DNA from: an uncultured virus (IMG/VR IMGVR_UViG_3300014676_000001)
Taxonomy: Duplodnaviria; Heunggongvirae; Uroviricota; Caudoviricetes
Reading direction: 5' to 3' (one strand)
DNA: 20,000 nt
Virus record (IMG/VR): IMGVR_UViG_3300014676_000001
Location: 57,432 to 77,431 of that record
The position numbers were made by a program, and so were the translations under genes. Under the pieces are notes generated by a model, which was not told the DNA's origin, ran no database searches, and saw nothing but the letters and a program-made list of their open reading frames with translations. Position 1 is the first letter of the stretch. Every line of letters begins with the position of its first letter. Below, piece by piece: positions 1-8,096 of the stretch.

Positions 1-14
1 TCGCACGCTTTTCC

Positions 15-132
15 GTTTTCATAGACATGGGCGTTGCTGCGGAACGGGTTCATTGGCCAATCTGCGTCGCGTATAGCGTAACGGGTTCATTGCCCAATCT
101 GCGTCGCGTATAGCGCTCATGTCTATGAGAGT
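15..132 (+). other. Long inverted-repeat hairpin (candidate structured leader or ncRNA) upstream of the J/H-like gene
   Basis: TCATAGACATGGGCG (19-33) is complementary to CGCTCATGTCTATGA (114-128) with one G-U pair. The stem extends with G-U pairs to about 15-36/111-132. Confidence 0.6.
43..115. repeat. Tandem direct duplication, period 37 bp
   Basis: AACGGGTTCATTG(G/C)CCAATCTGCGTCGCGTATAGCG at 43-78 and 80-115; 35/36 identical (g56 vs c93), separated by one base. Confidence 0.97.
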
Positions 133-160
133 TTCCTCAACACATCTAAAAGGATTCATC

Positions 161-952
161 ATGTCAGGACCTGTAAGCATCAGTCATGTAGCAACGATGT
201 CTAAACCGTTTGGTGTAAACGTCGAATGGAAATGGCCAAATGGCAGCAGCTGGTTTTCCAAGCTGGAACTGCAATGCCTCCGCGAAGACGGGCGGCTAGT
301 GAAAGAGTGCATATATTATCCGAATACTAGCCATCTTATTTCCGGTCTTAAAAGTGGTGAGCGCGTGCAGGTACGGGTGCGCATCGTCGCAGCGAACGGT
401 TCTATCCGAGACTGGCAGGTTAGTGACTGGATTCAAGGCGAATCATCTGTTGATGCTGGCGATATCGCCCAGTGGTTGGAAGACGAAATCCGGAACAGTG
501 AGACGTTTAAAGTATTTCGTGGCCAGTGCTTTATTAACGAAGCAAAGATAGGCAATGGCATCGTTTCTACGAACTATAACGTGAAGTTGAACGTCGTCGA
601 CAAAGGCAAACTGCACGAAGCTGGCATGACTCTCGGTGTTGAAGATGGCCAGAGCAACGTTGAGTTTATGGCTGATCGCTTTCATGTGCATGAAGCCGCT
701 CAATCAATTATCGGAAACGCCGTCGCAACAAAAACGAAGATAAATATCGCACTTGGCGATGAAACGAAGCAGGCCGTCATTGATGCCGTGCGTGAAAGCG
801 ATTTGTTCGCATCCCTCCAGGCAAAGATTGAAGCGCAAACAGCTTCAGTAGTTGGCTTGCAACAGGCGATGCACGAAGCTGTGAACGATGCTCTCCGCAA
901 CGCGCTCAAGCCAGGCGGTGCGGTATGGGCTCGGATGAAACATGGATTTTGA
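161..952 (+). CDS. Tail-tip-like accessory protein (gpJ-like FN3 and C-terminal segments, probably DUF1983-related, plus a tape-measure-like C-terminus), 263 aa
   Basis: ORF 119-952; ATG 161 preferred because AGGA lies at 151-154. Visible similarity to this window's gpJ (FGVNVEWKWP/FGIELNWGFP; AGMTLGVE..FMADRF/AGMGIGVE..FLADRF) and to the gpH C-terminus ([18 protein letters not shown]). Confidence 0.8.
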   Translation: MSGPVSISHVATMSKPFGVNVEWKWPNGSSWFSKLELQCLREDGRLVKECIYYPNTSHLISGLKSGERVQVRVRIVAANGSIRDWQVSDWIQGESSVDAGDIAQWLEDEIRNSETFKVFRGQCFINEAKIGNGIVSTNYNVKLNVVDKGKLHEAGMTLGVEDGQSNVEFMADRFHVHEAAQSIIGNAVATKTKINIALGDETKQAVIDAVRESDLFASLQAKIEAQTASVVGLQQAMHEAVNDALRNALKPGGAVWARMKHGF

Positions 953-981
953 TGCCTGTCCCAGCGCCCTCCGGGTTGCAT

Positions 982-988
982 GGGTCCT
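982..988 (+). other. cosQ: cosQ packaging termination subsite
   Basis: GGGTCCT, identical to lambda cosQ, followed by 23 bp (TTCCGGCAATCCGGCCTGTTACG) to the cohesive end, the same spacing as I recall for lambda. Confidence 0.9.
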
Positions 989-1011
989 TTCCGGCAATCC
1001 GGCCTGTTACG

Positions 1012-1023
1012 GGGCGGCGTCCG
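1012..1023 (+). other. cosN: cosN, predicted 12-nt 5' cohesive end GGGCGGCGTCCG
   Basis: GTTACG^GGGCGGCGTCCG directly upstream of terS. Lambda is GGGCGGCGACCT; this variant matches my recollection of the N15 end. It is followed by the lambda I2-like TCGCTATATATGAAAATTTT. Confidence 0.9.
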
Positions 1024-1059
1024 CGCAGATTCTCGCTATATATGAAAATTTTGGACATG

Positions 1060-1071
1060 AGGTTGTTGTTT
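1060..1071 (+). promoter_or_regulatory. Candidate cosB R3 (TerS binding site)
   Basis: AGGTTGTTGTTT lies about 50 bp right of the nick, where lambda R3 sits. An inverted 10/12 copy is at 1259-1270. Confidence 0.55.
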
Positions 1072-1099
1072 AATCATTGCTGAAAACAGGTGAGGAAAT

Positions 1100-1606
1100 A
1101 TGGCCGTGCTATTGAATAAATCTGATATGGCTTCCTCGCTGGGAATATCTGTCCAGGCCTTTGATAAATGGGGCGTCCAGCCTGTAGAGAAGAAAGGGAG
1201 AGAAGTCTTCTTTGACGTTCGCTCAGTCGTTGATAACCGCATCGAACACCAGAGCCGAAAACTACAACCATCGCCAGGCGAGGACGATGATAGCGTCAAT
1301 ATTGATTATGAACGTTGGCGTTTAACTCGTGCGAATGCGGATGCGGCGGAACTGGCAAATGAGAAAAAGCGTCGCGAGGTCGTAGAGACAGCGTTTTGTA
1401 CCTTCGTGTTATCCAGAATAGCCGCTGAAATATCCAGTATTCTGGATGGCATCCCACTCTCGATGCAGCGCCGTTTCCCTGAACTGGAAAATCGGCATAT
1501 CGAGTTCCTGAAAGGGGACGTAATAAAGGCGATGAATAAGGCTGCGGCGCTGGATGAACGGATTCCGGGGTTGTTGAATGATTATATCGACCAGTCAGGT
1601 AGCTAA
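1100..1606 (+). CDS. nu1: Terminase small subunit (Nu1 family)
   Basis: N-terminal HTH (LNKSDMASSLGISVQAFDKW); lambda Nu1-like IDYERWRLTRANADAAEL..EVVETAFCTFVLSRIA; GAGG RBS; follows cos. Confidence 0.96.
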   Translation: MAVLLNKSDMASSLGISVQAFDKWGVQPVEKKGREVFFDVRSVVDNRIEHQSRKLQPSPGEDDDSVNIDYERWRLTRANADAAELANEKKRREVVETAFCTFVLSRIAAEISSILDGIPLSMQRRFPELENRHIEFLKGDVIKAMNKAAALDERIPGLLNDYIDQSGS

Positions 1607-3500
1607 TCTGCGAACAGCGGTAAAAGCTGGTCTGAAATCACTATACCGCCCGGAACCCATGACAGCTGTCGAATGGGCCGATGCGCATTATTACCTTCCG
1701 AAGGAATCCGCTTATCAGGAAGGGCGCTGGGAAACACTGCCATTTCAGCGCGCGATCATGAATGCGATGGGCAGCGACTATATTCGCATTGTTAACGTAA
1801 TTAAGTCGGCGCGAGTGGGCTATTCGAAAATGCTCCTCGGCGTCATTGCTTATTTCATCGAGCATAAACAACGTAATGAGTTGCTGTGGCTGCCGACCGA
1901 CGGCGACGCAGATAATTTCATGAAGTCACACGTTGAACCGACGATTCGTGATGTTCCCTCATTGCTGTCGCTCGCCCCCTGGTACGGGAAAAAACACAGG
2001 GACAACACCCTGTCCATGAAGCGTTTTACGAACGGACGCGGTTTCTGGTGCCTGGGTGGTAAATCTGCAAAGAACTATCGCGAAAAATCTGTCGATGTTG
2101 TTGGTTACGATGAGCTGGCTGCGTTTGATGCAGACATTGAGAAAGAAGGGTCTCCGACCTTCCTGGGGGATAAGCGTATTGAGGGTTCTGTTTGGCCCAA
2201 ATCCATACGCGGCTCAACACCAAAATTGCGTGGAACGTGCCAGATAGAGCGAGCAGCAAAAGAGTCCGGGCATTTTATGCGTTTTCATGTTGCATGCCCG
2301 CATTGTGGTGAGGAGCAGTACCTCAAATTTGGCGATCGGGATACGCCTTTCGGCTTCAAATGGGAGCCAGAGCAGGCTGAGACGGTTTACTACCTCTGTG
2401 AACATAATGCCTGTGTCATTAAGCAGCATGAACTGGACTTTTCCAACGCTCGTTACATTTGCGAACTGACAGGAATATGGACTCGTGACGGACTTCGTTG
2501 GTTCTCATCTTCCAATGCAGAAATCGACCCACCTGAAAGCGTAACCTTCCACATCTGGACAGCTTATAGCCCGTTCACCACCTGGGTACAGATTGTGAAA
2601 GACTGGTTCAAAACGCAAGGTGATACGGGTAAACGTAAGACATTCGTTAACACCACCTTGGGTGAGACGTGGGAAGCGAAAATCGGTGATCGCCCCGATG
2701 CGGATGTTTTAGCTGAGCGCATAGAGCACTTTGATGCAGCCGTACCTGAGCGAGTGGCATATCTGACGGCGGGTATAGATTCCCAGCTCGACCGTTACGA
2801 AATGCGTGTATGGGGGTGGGGACCAGGCGAGGAAAGTTGGCTTATCGACAGGCAAATCATCATGGGACGTCACGATGATGAGTCAACTCTTGCGCGTGTG
2901 GATGAGGCGATTAACAAGACATATACACGCCGAAACGGTGTAGAAATGCCTATTTCCCGTATTTGCTGGGATATCGGTGGTATTGATCCCACTATCGTCT
3001 ACAACCGCTCAAAAAAACACGGTTTGTTTCGCGTGATCCCGATAAAGGGTGCTTCGGTTTATGGAAAACCAGTGGCGAACATGCCACGTAAGCGCAACAA
3101 AAACGGTGTTTATCTGACTGAAGTGGGTACTGATACCGCTAAAGAGCAGATTTATAACCGCTTCACGCTGATTGTTGAAGGTGACGAGCCTCTGGCCGGT
3201 GCCGTTCACTTCCCTAATAACCCCGATATTTACGATCTTTCAGAGGCGCAGCAGCTGACCGCTGAAGAACTGGTCGAGAAGTGGGTCGATGGTAAAAGAA
3301 AAATCATATGGGACAGCAAAAAAAGGCGAAATGAGGCTCTGGATTGCTTCGTTTACGCACTGGCGGCGCTTCGTATCAGCATATCACGCTGGCAGCTTAA
3401 CCTTGATTCGCTTCTGGCCAGCCTGCTGGAAGAAGAAGGCTCCCGTAACAATAACAAGACCCTGGCGGATTACGCGCGGGCTTTATCTGGAGAGGAATAA
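1578..3500 (+). CDS. A: Terminase large subunit (gpA), 640 aa
   Basis: Walker A KSARVGYS, Walker B VVGYDE, nuclease AGIDSQ, C-terminal [12 protein letters not shown]; overlaps terS as in lambda. Confidence 0.98.
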   Translation: MIISTSQVANLRTAVKAGLKSLYRPEPMTAVEWADAHYYLPKESAYQEGRWETLPFQRAIMNAMGSDYIRIVNVIKSARVGYSKMLLGVIAYFIEHKQRNELLWLPTDGDADNFMKSHVEPTIRDVPSLLSLAPWYGKKHRDNTLSMKRFTNGRGFWCLGGKSAKNYREKSVDVVGYDELAAFDADIEKEGSPTFLGDKRIEGSVWPKSIRGSTPKLRGTCQIERAAKESGHFMRFHVACPHCGEEQYLKFGDRDTPFGFKWEPEQAETVYYLCEHNACVIKQHELDFSNARYICELTGIWTRDGLRWFSSSNAEIDPPESVTFHIWTAYSPFTTWVQIVKDWFKTQGDTGKRKTFVNTTLGETWEAKIGDRPDADVLAERIEHFDAAVPERVAYLTAGIDSQLDRYEMRVWGWGPGEESWLIDRQIIMGRHDDESTLARVDEAINKTYTRRNGVEMPISRICWDIGGIDPTIVYNRSKKHGLFRVIPIKGASVYGKPVANMPRKRNKNGVYLTEVGTDTAKEQIYNRFTLIVEGDEPLAGAVHFPNNPDIYDLSEAQQLTAEELVEKWVDGKRKIIWDSKKRRNEALDCFVYALAALRISISRWQLNLDSLLASLLEEEGSRNNNKTLADYARALSGEE

Positions 3501-3706
3501 TGGCAACACAGACTGAACTGGATGCCGCGCGCGCAGCGTTACATGACCTGATGATGGGTAAACGGGTGGCAACGGTACAGAAAGATGGCCGAAGGGTGGA
3601 ATTTACAGCTACTTCAGTCAGCGATCTGAAAAAGTACATTGCCGACCTTGAATCTCAGGTAGGAAACACATCACGACGCCGGGGGCCAGCAAGGTTTTAC
3701 GTATGA
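3500..3706 (+). CDS. W: Head completion protein gpW
   Basis: 68 aa; [39 protein letters not shown] is lambda gpW-like; position between terL and portal. Confidence 0.96.
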   Translation: MATQTELDAARAALHDLMMGKRVATVQKDGRRVEFTATSVSDLKKYIADLESQVGNTSRRRGPARFYV

Positions 3707-5292
3707 CAATACCTTCTTTAGTTGGTCCGGACGGAAAAACGTCTCTGCGAGAATATGCTGGGTACCATGCCGGAGGCAGCGGTTTCGGTGGGCAATTGAA
3801 CGCCTGGAATCCTCAGAGTGAAAGTGCTGATGCTGCACTTCTGCCTAATTTCTCCCGTGGAAATGCCCGTGCTGACGATCTGGTTAGAAATAATGGCTAT
3901 GCGGCTAACGCCGTGCAGCTTCACCAGGATCACATCGTCGGTTCATTTTTCAGACTGAGTTACTGCCCTAGCTGGCGTTATCTCGGCATTAAAGAAGAGG
4001 AAAGCCGCGCGTTTGCCAGGGAGGTGGAGGCCGCCTGGTATGAATATGCGGAGGATGATTTTTGCGGAGTCGATGCCGAGCGCAAGCGGACGTTTACGAT
4101 GATGATCCGCGAAGGAGTTGCAACGCATGCATTTAACGGTGAGCTGTGCGTGCAGCCTACTTGGGATAGTGATTCAACGCGTCTTTTCCGCACGCAGTTT
4201 AAAATGGTCAGTCCGAAACGTATCAGTAATCCCAATAATACTGGTGATTCCAGGAACTGTCGGGCAGGTGTAAAAATTAATGATAGCGGCGCAGCGCTGG
4301 GATATTACGTCAGTGATGACGGTTATCCTGGCTGGATGGCGCAAAACTGGACCTATATCCCACGTGAATTGCCGGGAGGAAGGCCTTCATTTATCCATGT
4401 GTTCGAACCCCTGGAAGATGGGCAAACTCGCGGGGCTAATGCGTTTTACAGCGTGATGGAGCAGATGAAAATGCTCGACACCCTACAAAATACGCAGCTC
4501 CAGAGCGCGATAGTAAAGGCGATGTATGCAGCCACCATCGAAAGTGAGTTGGATACCGATACGGCAATGGACTTTATCCTCGGAGCCGATAGTAAGCAGC
4601 AAAATAAGCTGACTGGCTGGCTTGGCGAAATGGCATCTTATTACTCTGCTGCGCCGGTTCGCCTCGGTGGAGCGAGAGTTCCTCATCTCTTGCCGGGCGA
4701 TTCCCTGAACCTTCAGTCAGCACAGGATACCGATAACGGCTATTCAACGTTCGAACAATCCCTGCTGCGTTATATTGCAGCAGGGCTGGGTGTGTCGTAT
4801 GAGCAGCTTTCACGAAACTACTCCCAGATGAGCTACTCGACCGCACGCGCCAGCGCGAACGAGTCCTGGGCCTTCTTTATGGGGCGTCGTAAGTTCGTAG
4901 CGGCTCGTATGGCCTGTCAGATGTTCGTGTGCTGGCTGGAAGAAGCAATTGCCCGCAGGGTTGTTACGCTCCCTTCTAATGCGAGATTTAGCTTCCAGGA
5001 AGCGAGAACAGCCTGGGGTAACGCCAACTGGATTGGTTCGGGGCGCATGGCTATTGATGGGCTGAAGGAGGTGCAGGAGGCCGTCATGCTGATTGAAGCT
5101 GGTCTCAGCACTTATGAGAAGGAGTGTGCCAAACGCGGAGACGACTATCAGGAAATATTCTCTCAGCAGGTACGTGAGACTATGGAGCGCCGTCAAGCGG
5201 GGCTCAAACCTCCTGCATGGGCGGCAGCTGCATTTGATGCAGGGCTGAAAAAAACAAATGAGGAGGATAAAGATGACGCCCGAGCTGCGTAA
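3703..5292 (+). CDS. B: Portal protein gpB
   Basis: 529 aa; [49 protein letters not shown]; synteny. Confidence 0.97.
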   Translation: MTIPSLVGPDGKTSLREYAGYHAGGSGFGGQLNAWNPQSESADAALLPNFSRGNARADDLVRNNGYAANAVQLHQDHIVGSFFRLSYCPSWRYLGIKEEESRAFAREVEAAWYEYAEDDFCGVDAERKRTFTMMIREGVATHAFNGELCVQPTWDSDSTRLFRTQFKMVSPKRISNPNNTGDSRNCRAGVKINDSGAALGYYVSDDGYPGWMAQNWTYIPRELPGGRPSFIHVFEPLEDGQTRGANAFYSVMEQMKMLDTLQNTQLQSAIVKAMYAATIESELDTDTAMDFILGADSKQQNKLTGWLGEMASYYSAAPVRLGGARVPHLLPGDSLNLQSAQDTDNGYSTFEQSLLRYIAAGLGVSYEQLSRNYSQMSYSTARASANESWAFFMGRRKFVAARMACQMFVCWLEEAIARRVVTLPSNARFSFQEARTAWGNANWIGSGRMAIDGLKEVQEAVMLIEAGLSTYEKECAKRGDDYQEIFSQQVRETMERRQAGLKPPAWAAAAFDAGLKKTNEEDKDDARAA

Positions 5293-6616
5293 TCTTCCAC
5301 ATATCGCCAGCATGGCCTTTAATGAGCCGTTGCTACTTGAACCCGCCTACGCGCGGGTTTTCTTTTGCGCGCTGGCAGGGCAGTTGGGAATTACCCGTCT
5401 GACCGATTCCGTTTCTGGTGTCACGCTGGGTGCTGAACAGATAGCAGAGCCCCTGGCGCTGTTTGGCGATGATGACGATATGGGACCCCGGCCATCACGT
5501 AGCTATCAGGTGGCAAATGGAATCGCGGTGTTGCCGGTTTCTGGCACGCTTGTCAGTAAAACCAGATCTCTTCAGCCCTATTCTGGCATGACGGGCTACA
5601 ACGGAATTATTGCTCGCCTGCAACAGGCTATCAGTGACCCCGGCGTTGACGGCATTCTGCTGGATATGGACACGCCTGGCGGAATGGTGTCGGGGGCTTT
5701 CGACTGTGCCGATATCATTGCCCGGATGCGCGATATTAAACCCATCTGGGCTCTGGCGAATGATATGAACTGTAGTGCTGGCCAGCTCATTGCCAGTGCT
5801 GCATCGCGCAGGATGGTCACACAGACAGCCAGAACGGGCTCCATCGGTGTAATGATGGCTCATAGCAACTATGGCGCAGCGCTCAAAACTAACGGCGTTG
5901 AGGTCACGTTGATTTACAGCGGTGATCACAAGGTCGACGGCAACCCTTACGGAAAATTACCTGAAGACGTTCGCGCTGATTTTCAGACGCGTATCGATGC
6001 CACTCGTCAGATGTTTGCCGAAAAAGTTTCCGCTTATACCGGTATGTCCGTGCAGGCCGTACTGGACACTGAAGCGGCAGTATTCTCCGGCCAGGAATCC
6101 GTAGATAACGGACTGGCCGATGAGCTTGTTAACAATACAGATGCGCTCGGCGTGATGCGTGAAGCACTCGACAGACGCAAAAAAATAACCACTGGAGGAA
6201 CTATGCCATCACCTTCTGCATCCGCAGCCACCAATAAGACAGCTGAACAGGTAACAACTCAGACTACTGCACCGGCTGAACAGGTCACCACCATTGACAC
6301 GACAACCGCTGCCGCAGCTACCCATGAAGATGTCAGTGCTCAGATTTCGGCAGCCGTGTCCGCAGAGAACGGTCGCATCATGGGAATCCTTAATTGCGAA
6401 GAGGCGAAAGGGCGAGAGTCTCAGGCTCGAGCGCTGGCCGAAACGCCGGGTATGACGGTTGAAAGTGCGCAGCGCATTCTGGCCGCCGCACCACAAAGCG
6501 CCCAGGCGCGCACCGACACGGCACTGGATCGTCTCATGGAAACAGCACCAGGCGCACTCTCAGCAGGCAGCGCATCTTCTGATGCTGCGGACGATTTGTT
6601 AAACACCCCCGTTTAA
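5273..6616 (+). CDS. C: Head maturation protease gpC (S49 peptidase)
   Basis: Start [19 protein letters not shown] at 5273 after AGGAGG (5261-5266); LDMDTPGG, DMNCSAG and TGSIGV motifs. Confidence 0.95.
   Translation: MTPELRNLPHIASMAFNEPLLLEPAYARVFFCALAGQLGITRLTDSVSGVTLGAEQIAEPLALFGDDDDMGPRPSRSYQVANGIAVLPVSGTLVSKTRSLQPYSGMTGYNGIIARLQQAISDPGVDGILLDMDTPGGMVSGAFDCADIIARMRDIKPIWALANDMNCSAGQLIASAASRRMVTQTARTGSIGVMMAHSNYGAALKTNGVEVTLIYSGDHKVDGNPYGKLPEDVRADFQTRIDATRQMFAEKVSAYTGMSVQAVLDTEAAVFSGQESVDNGLADELVNNTDALGVMREALDRRKKITTGGTMPSPSASAATNKTAEQVTTQTTAPAEQVTTIDTTTAAAATHEDVSAQISAAVSAENGRIMGILNCEEAKGRESQARALAETPGMTVESAQRILAAAPQSAQARTDTALDRLMETAPGALSAGSASSDAADDLLNTPV
6203..6616 (+). CDS. nu3: Scaffolding protein Nu3 (nested in-frame in C)
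   Basis: GGAGG at 6194-6198 precedes an in-frame ATG at 6203; Ala/Thr-rich segment then AENGRIMGILNCEEAKGRE; lambda C/Nu3 arrangement. Confidence 0.85.
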   Translation: MPSPSASAATNKTAEQVTTQTTAPAEQVTTIDTTTAAAATHEDVSAQISAAVSAENGRIMGILNCEEAKGRESQARALAETPGMTVESAQRILAAAPQSAQARTDTALDRLMETAPGALSAGSASSDAADDLLNTPV

Positions 6617-6625
6617 GAGGCTATT

Positions 6626-6958
6626 ATGGCAACTACCGAAGTTTTCACTCATTACCAGCCGCTCGGTAACAGTGACCCGGCGCATACCGCGTATGGTCCT
6701 GGTGAATTGACGGCATCCACGCCAGCAATGACACCCCTCATGCTGGATGCTACTTCTGGCAAGCTGACCGTCTGGGACGGCGCTCACGCTGGCGCGGCAA
6801 CGGGCATTCTGGCTGTAACAGCAGATCAGAACAGCACAGAGCTGACATATCACAAGTCCGGTTCTTTCCGTCTTGAAGATGTCCTCTGGCCATCCGCTGT
6901 CACCGACGAAAATATTAAGCGTAACGCGTTCGCCGGAACCGCCATCAGCATCATTTAA
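6626..6958 (+). CDS. D: Head decoration protein gpD
   Basis: 110 aa; [37 protein letters not shown] resembles lambda gpD. Confidence 0.96.
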   Translation: MATTEVFTHYQPLGNSDPAHTAYGPGELTASTPAMTPLMLDATSGKLTVWDGAHAGAATGILAVTADQNSTELTYHKSGSFRLEDVLWPSAVTDENIKRNAFAGTAISII

Positions 6959-6987
6959 TCCACGTTTTTACAATCATCATCATTCAT

Positions 6988-7012
6988 AAAAGCCGCTTAA
7001 GCGGCTTTTTTT
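6988..7012 (+). terminator. Intrinsic terminator-like hairpin between D and E
   Basis: Perfect palindrome AAAAGCCGC-TTAA-GCGGCTTTT, with a T7 run. Confidence 0.8.
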
Positions 7013-7025
7013 ACGGGAAAAATCT

Positions 7026-8051
7026 ATGTCCGTTTACACTACTGCCCAGCTGCTGGCGGTCAACGAGAAGAAATTCAAATTTGATCCGCTCTTCCTGCGC
7101 ATCTTTTTCCGCGAAACTTATCCCTTCAGTACAGAGAAGGTCTACCTGTCGCAAATTCCTGGTCTGGTCAATATGGCGCTGTACGTCTCGCCGATTGTCT
7201 CCGGCAAAGTGATCCGCTCCCGTGGTGGCAGCACATCTGAATTTACGCCGGGTTATGTGAAGCCAAAACACGAAGTTAACCCACTGATGACTCTTCGCCG
7301 CCTGCCGGATGAAGACCCGCAAAATCTCGCTGACCCCGTCTATCGCCGTCGCCGCATCATTCTCCAGAACATGAAGGATGAAGAGCTCGCGATTGCCCAG
7401 GTCGAAGAGAAACAGGCAGTAGCGGCGGTGCTCAGCGGAAAATACACCATGACCGGGGAAGCGTTTGATCCTGTTGAAGTGGATATGGGACGCAGCGCTG
7501 GTAACAACATTGTCCAGGCCGGTGCGGCTGCGTGGTCCTCCCGCGACAAAGAAACGTATGACCCGACCGATGACATTGAAACCTACGCGCTCAACGCCAG
7601 CGGTGTGGTCAACATCATTGTGTTCGATCCGAAGGGCTGGGCGCTGTTCCGTTCCTTCAAGGCAGTGAAGGAGAAGCTGGATACGCGTCGTGGCTCTAAT
7701 TCTGAGCTGGAAACCGCCGTGAAAGACCTTGGTACGGCTGTTTCATACAAGGGTATGTATGGCGATGTGGCCATCGTGGTGTACTCCGGCCAGTACGTCG
7801 AAAACGATGTCAAAAAGAACTATATGCCGGACCTGACGATGGTGCTGGGGAATACCCAAGCCCGCGGCCTGCGTACCTATGGTTGCATTCTTGATGCTGA
7901 TGCCCAGCGCGAAGGTATCAATGCCTCGGCACGCTACCCGAAAAACTGGGTGCAGTCGGGCGATCCGGCGCGTGAATTCACCATGATTCAGTCAGCCCCG
8001 CTGATGCTGCTGCCGGACCCTGACGCATTCGTGTCCGTCAAGCTGGCATAA
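7026..8051 (+). CDS. E: Major capsid protein gpE
   Basis: 341 aa; MSVYTTAQLLAVNEKKFKFDPLFLRIFFRE..SAPLMLLPDPDAFVSVKLA is very close to lambda gpE. Confidence 0.98.
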   Translation: MSVYTTAQLLAVNEKKFKFDPLFLRIFFRETYPFSTEKVYLSQIPGLVNMALYVSPIVSGKVIRSRGGSTSEFTPGYVKPKHEVNPLMTLRRLPDEDPQNLADPVYRRRRIILQNMKDEELAIAQVEEKQAVAAVLSGKYTMTGEAFDPVEVDMGRSAGNNIVQAGAAAWSSRDKETYDPTDDIETYALNASGVVNIIVFDPKGWALFRSFKAVKEKLDTRRGSNSELETAVKDLGTAVSYKGMYGDVAIVVYSGQYVENDVKKNYMPDLTMVLGNTQARGLRTYGCILDADAQREGINASARYPKNWVQSGDPAREFTMIQSAPLMLLPDPDAFVSVKLA

Positions 8052-8060
8052 ATTCCCCCA

Positions 8061-8078
8061 GTGGCCCTGTCGGGCCAC
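8061..8078 (+). other. GC-rich stem-loop between E and FI (mRNA stabiliser or weak terminator)
   Basis: GTGGCCC-TGTC-GGGCCAC followed by CTTTCT. Confidence 0.55.
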
Positions 8079-8096
8079 CTTTCTGGAGTATTTCCC

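Noticed and set aside
49..77. Sigma70 promoter TTCATT-17-TATAGC in each repeat copy
   Set aside because: Both hexamers are poor matches and the -10 lacks the conserved final T; not supportable from sequence alone.
43..115. 36-bp repeats as a CRISPR mini-array
   Set aside because: The copies are separated by a single base with no spacer, and no cas genes are present.
15..132. Retron msr/msd or DGR template suggested by flanking inverted repeats and J similarity nearby
   Set aside because: There is no reverse transcriptase in the window. The similarity to J is distant and protein-level only, not a near-identical DNA copy differing at adenines.
119..160. Start of the first ORF at ATG 119 or 125
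   Set aside because: No RBS and buried in the hairpin stem; ATG 161 has AGGA at proper spacing.
161..952. Pseudogene remnant of gpJ
   Set aside because: The frame is uninterrupted over 263 codons with an RBS despite deep divergence and rearrangement. Not formally excluded without dN/dS.
953..1099. HNH endonuclease gene next to terS
   Set aside because: No such ORF; absence is expected for lambda-type 5' cos terminases.
8061..8096. GTG start extending FI; likewise upstream starts for C (5258), Z (8899) and K (14952)
   Set aside because: Downstream ATGs have clear RBSs and match the expected family N-termini.
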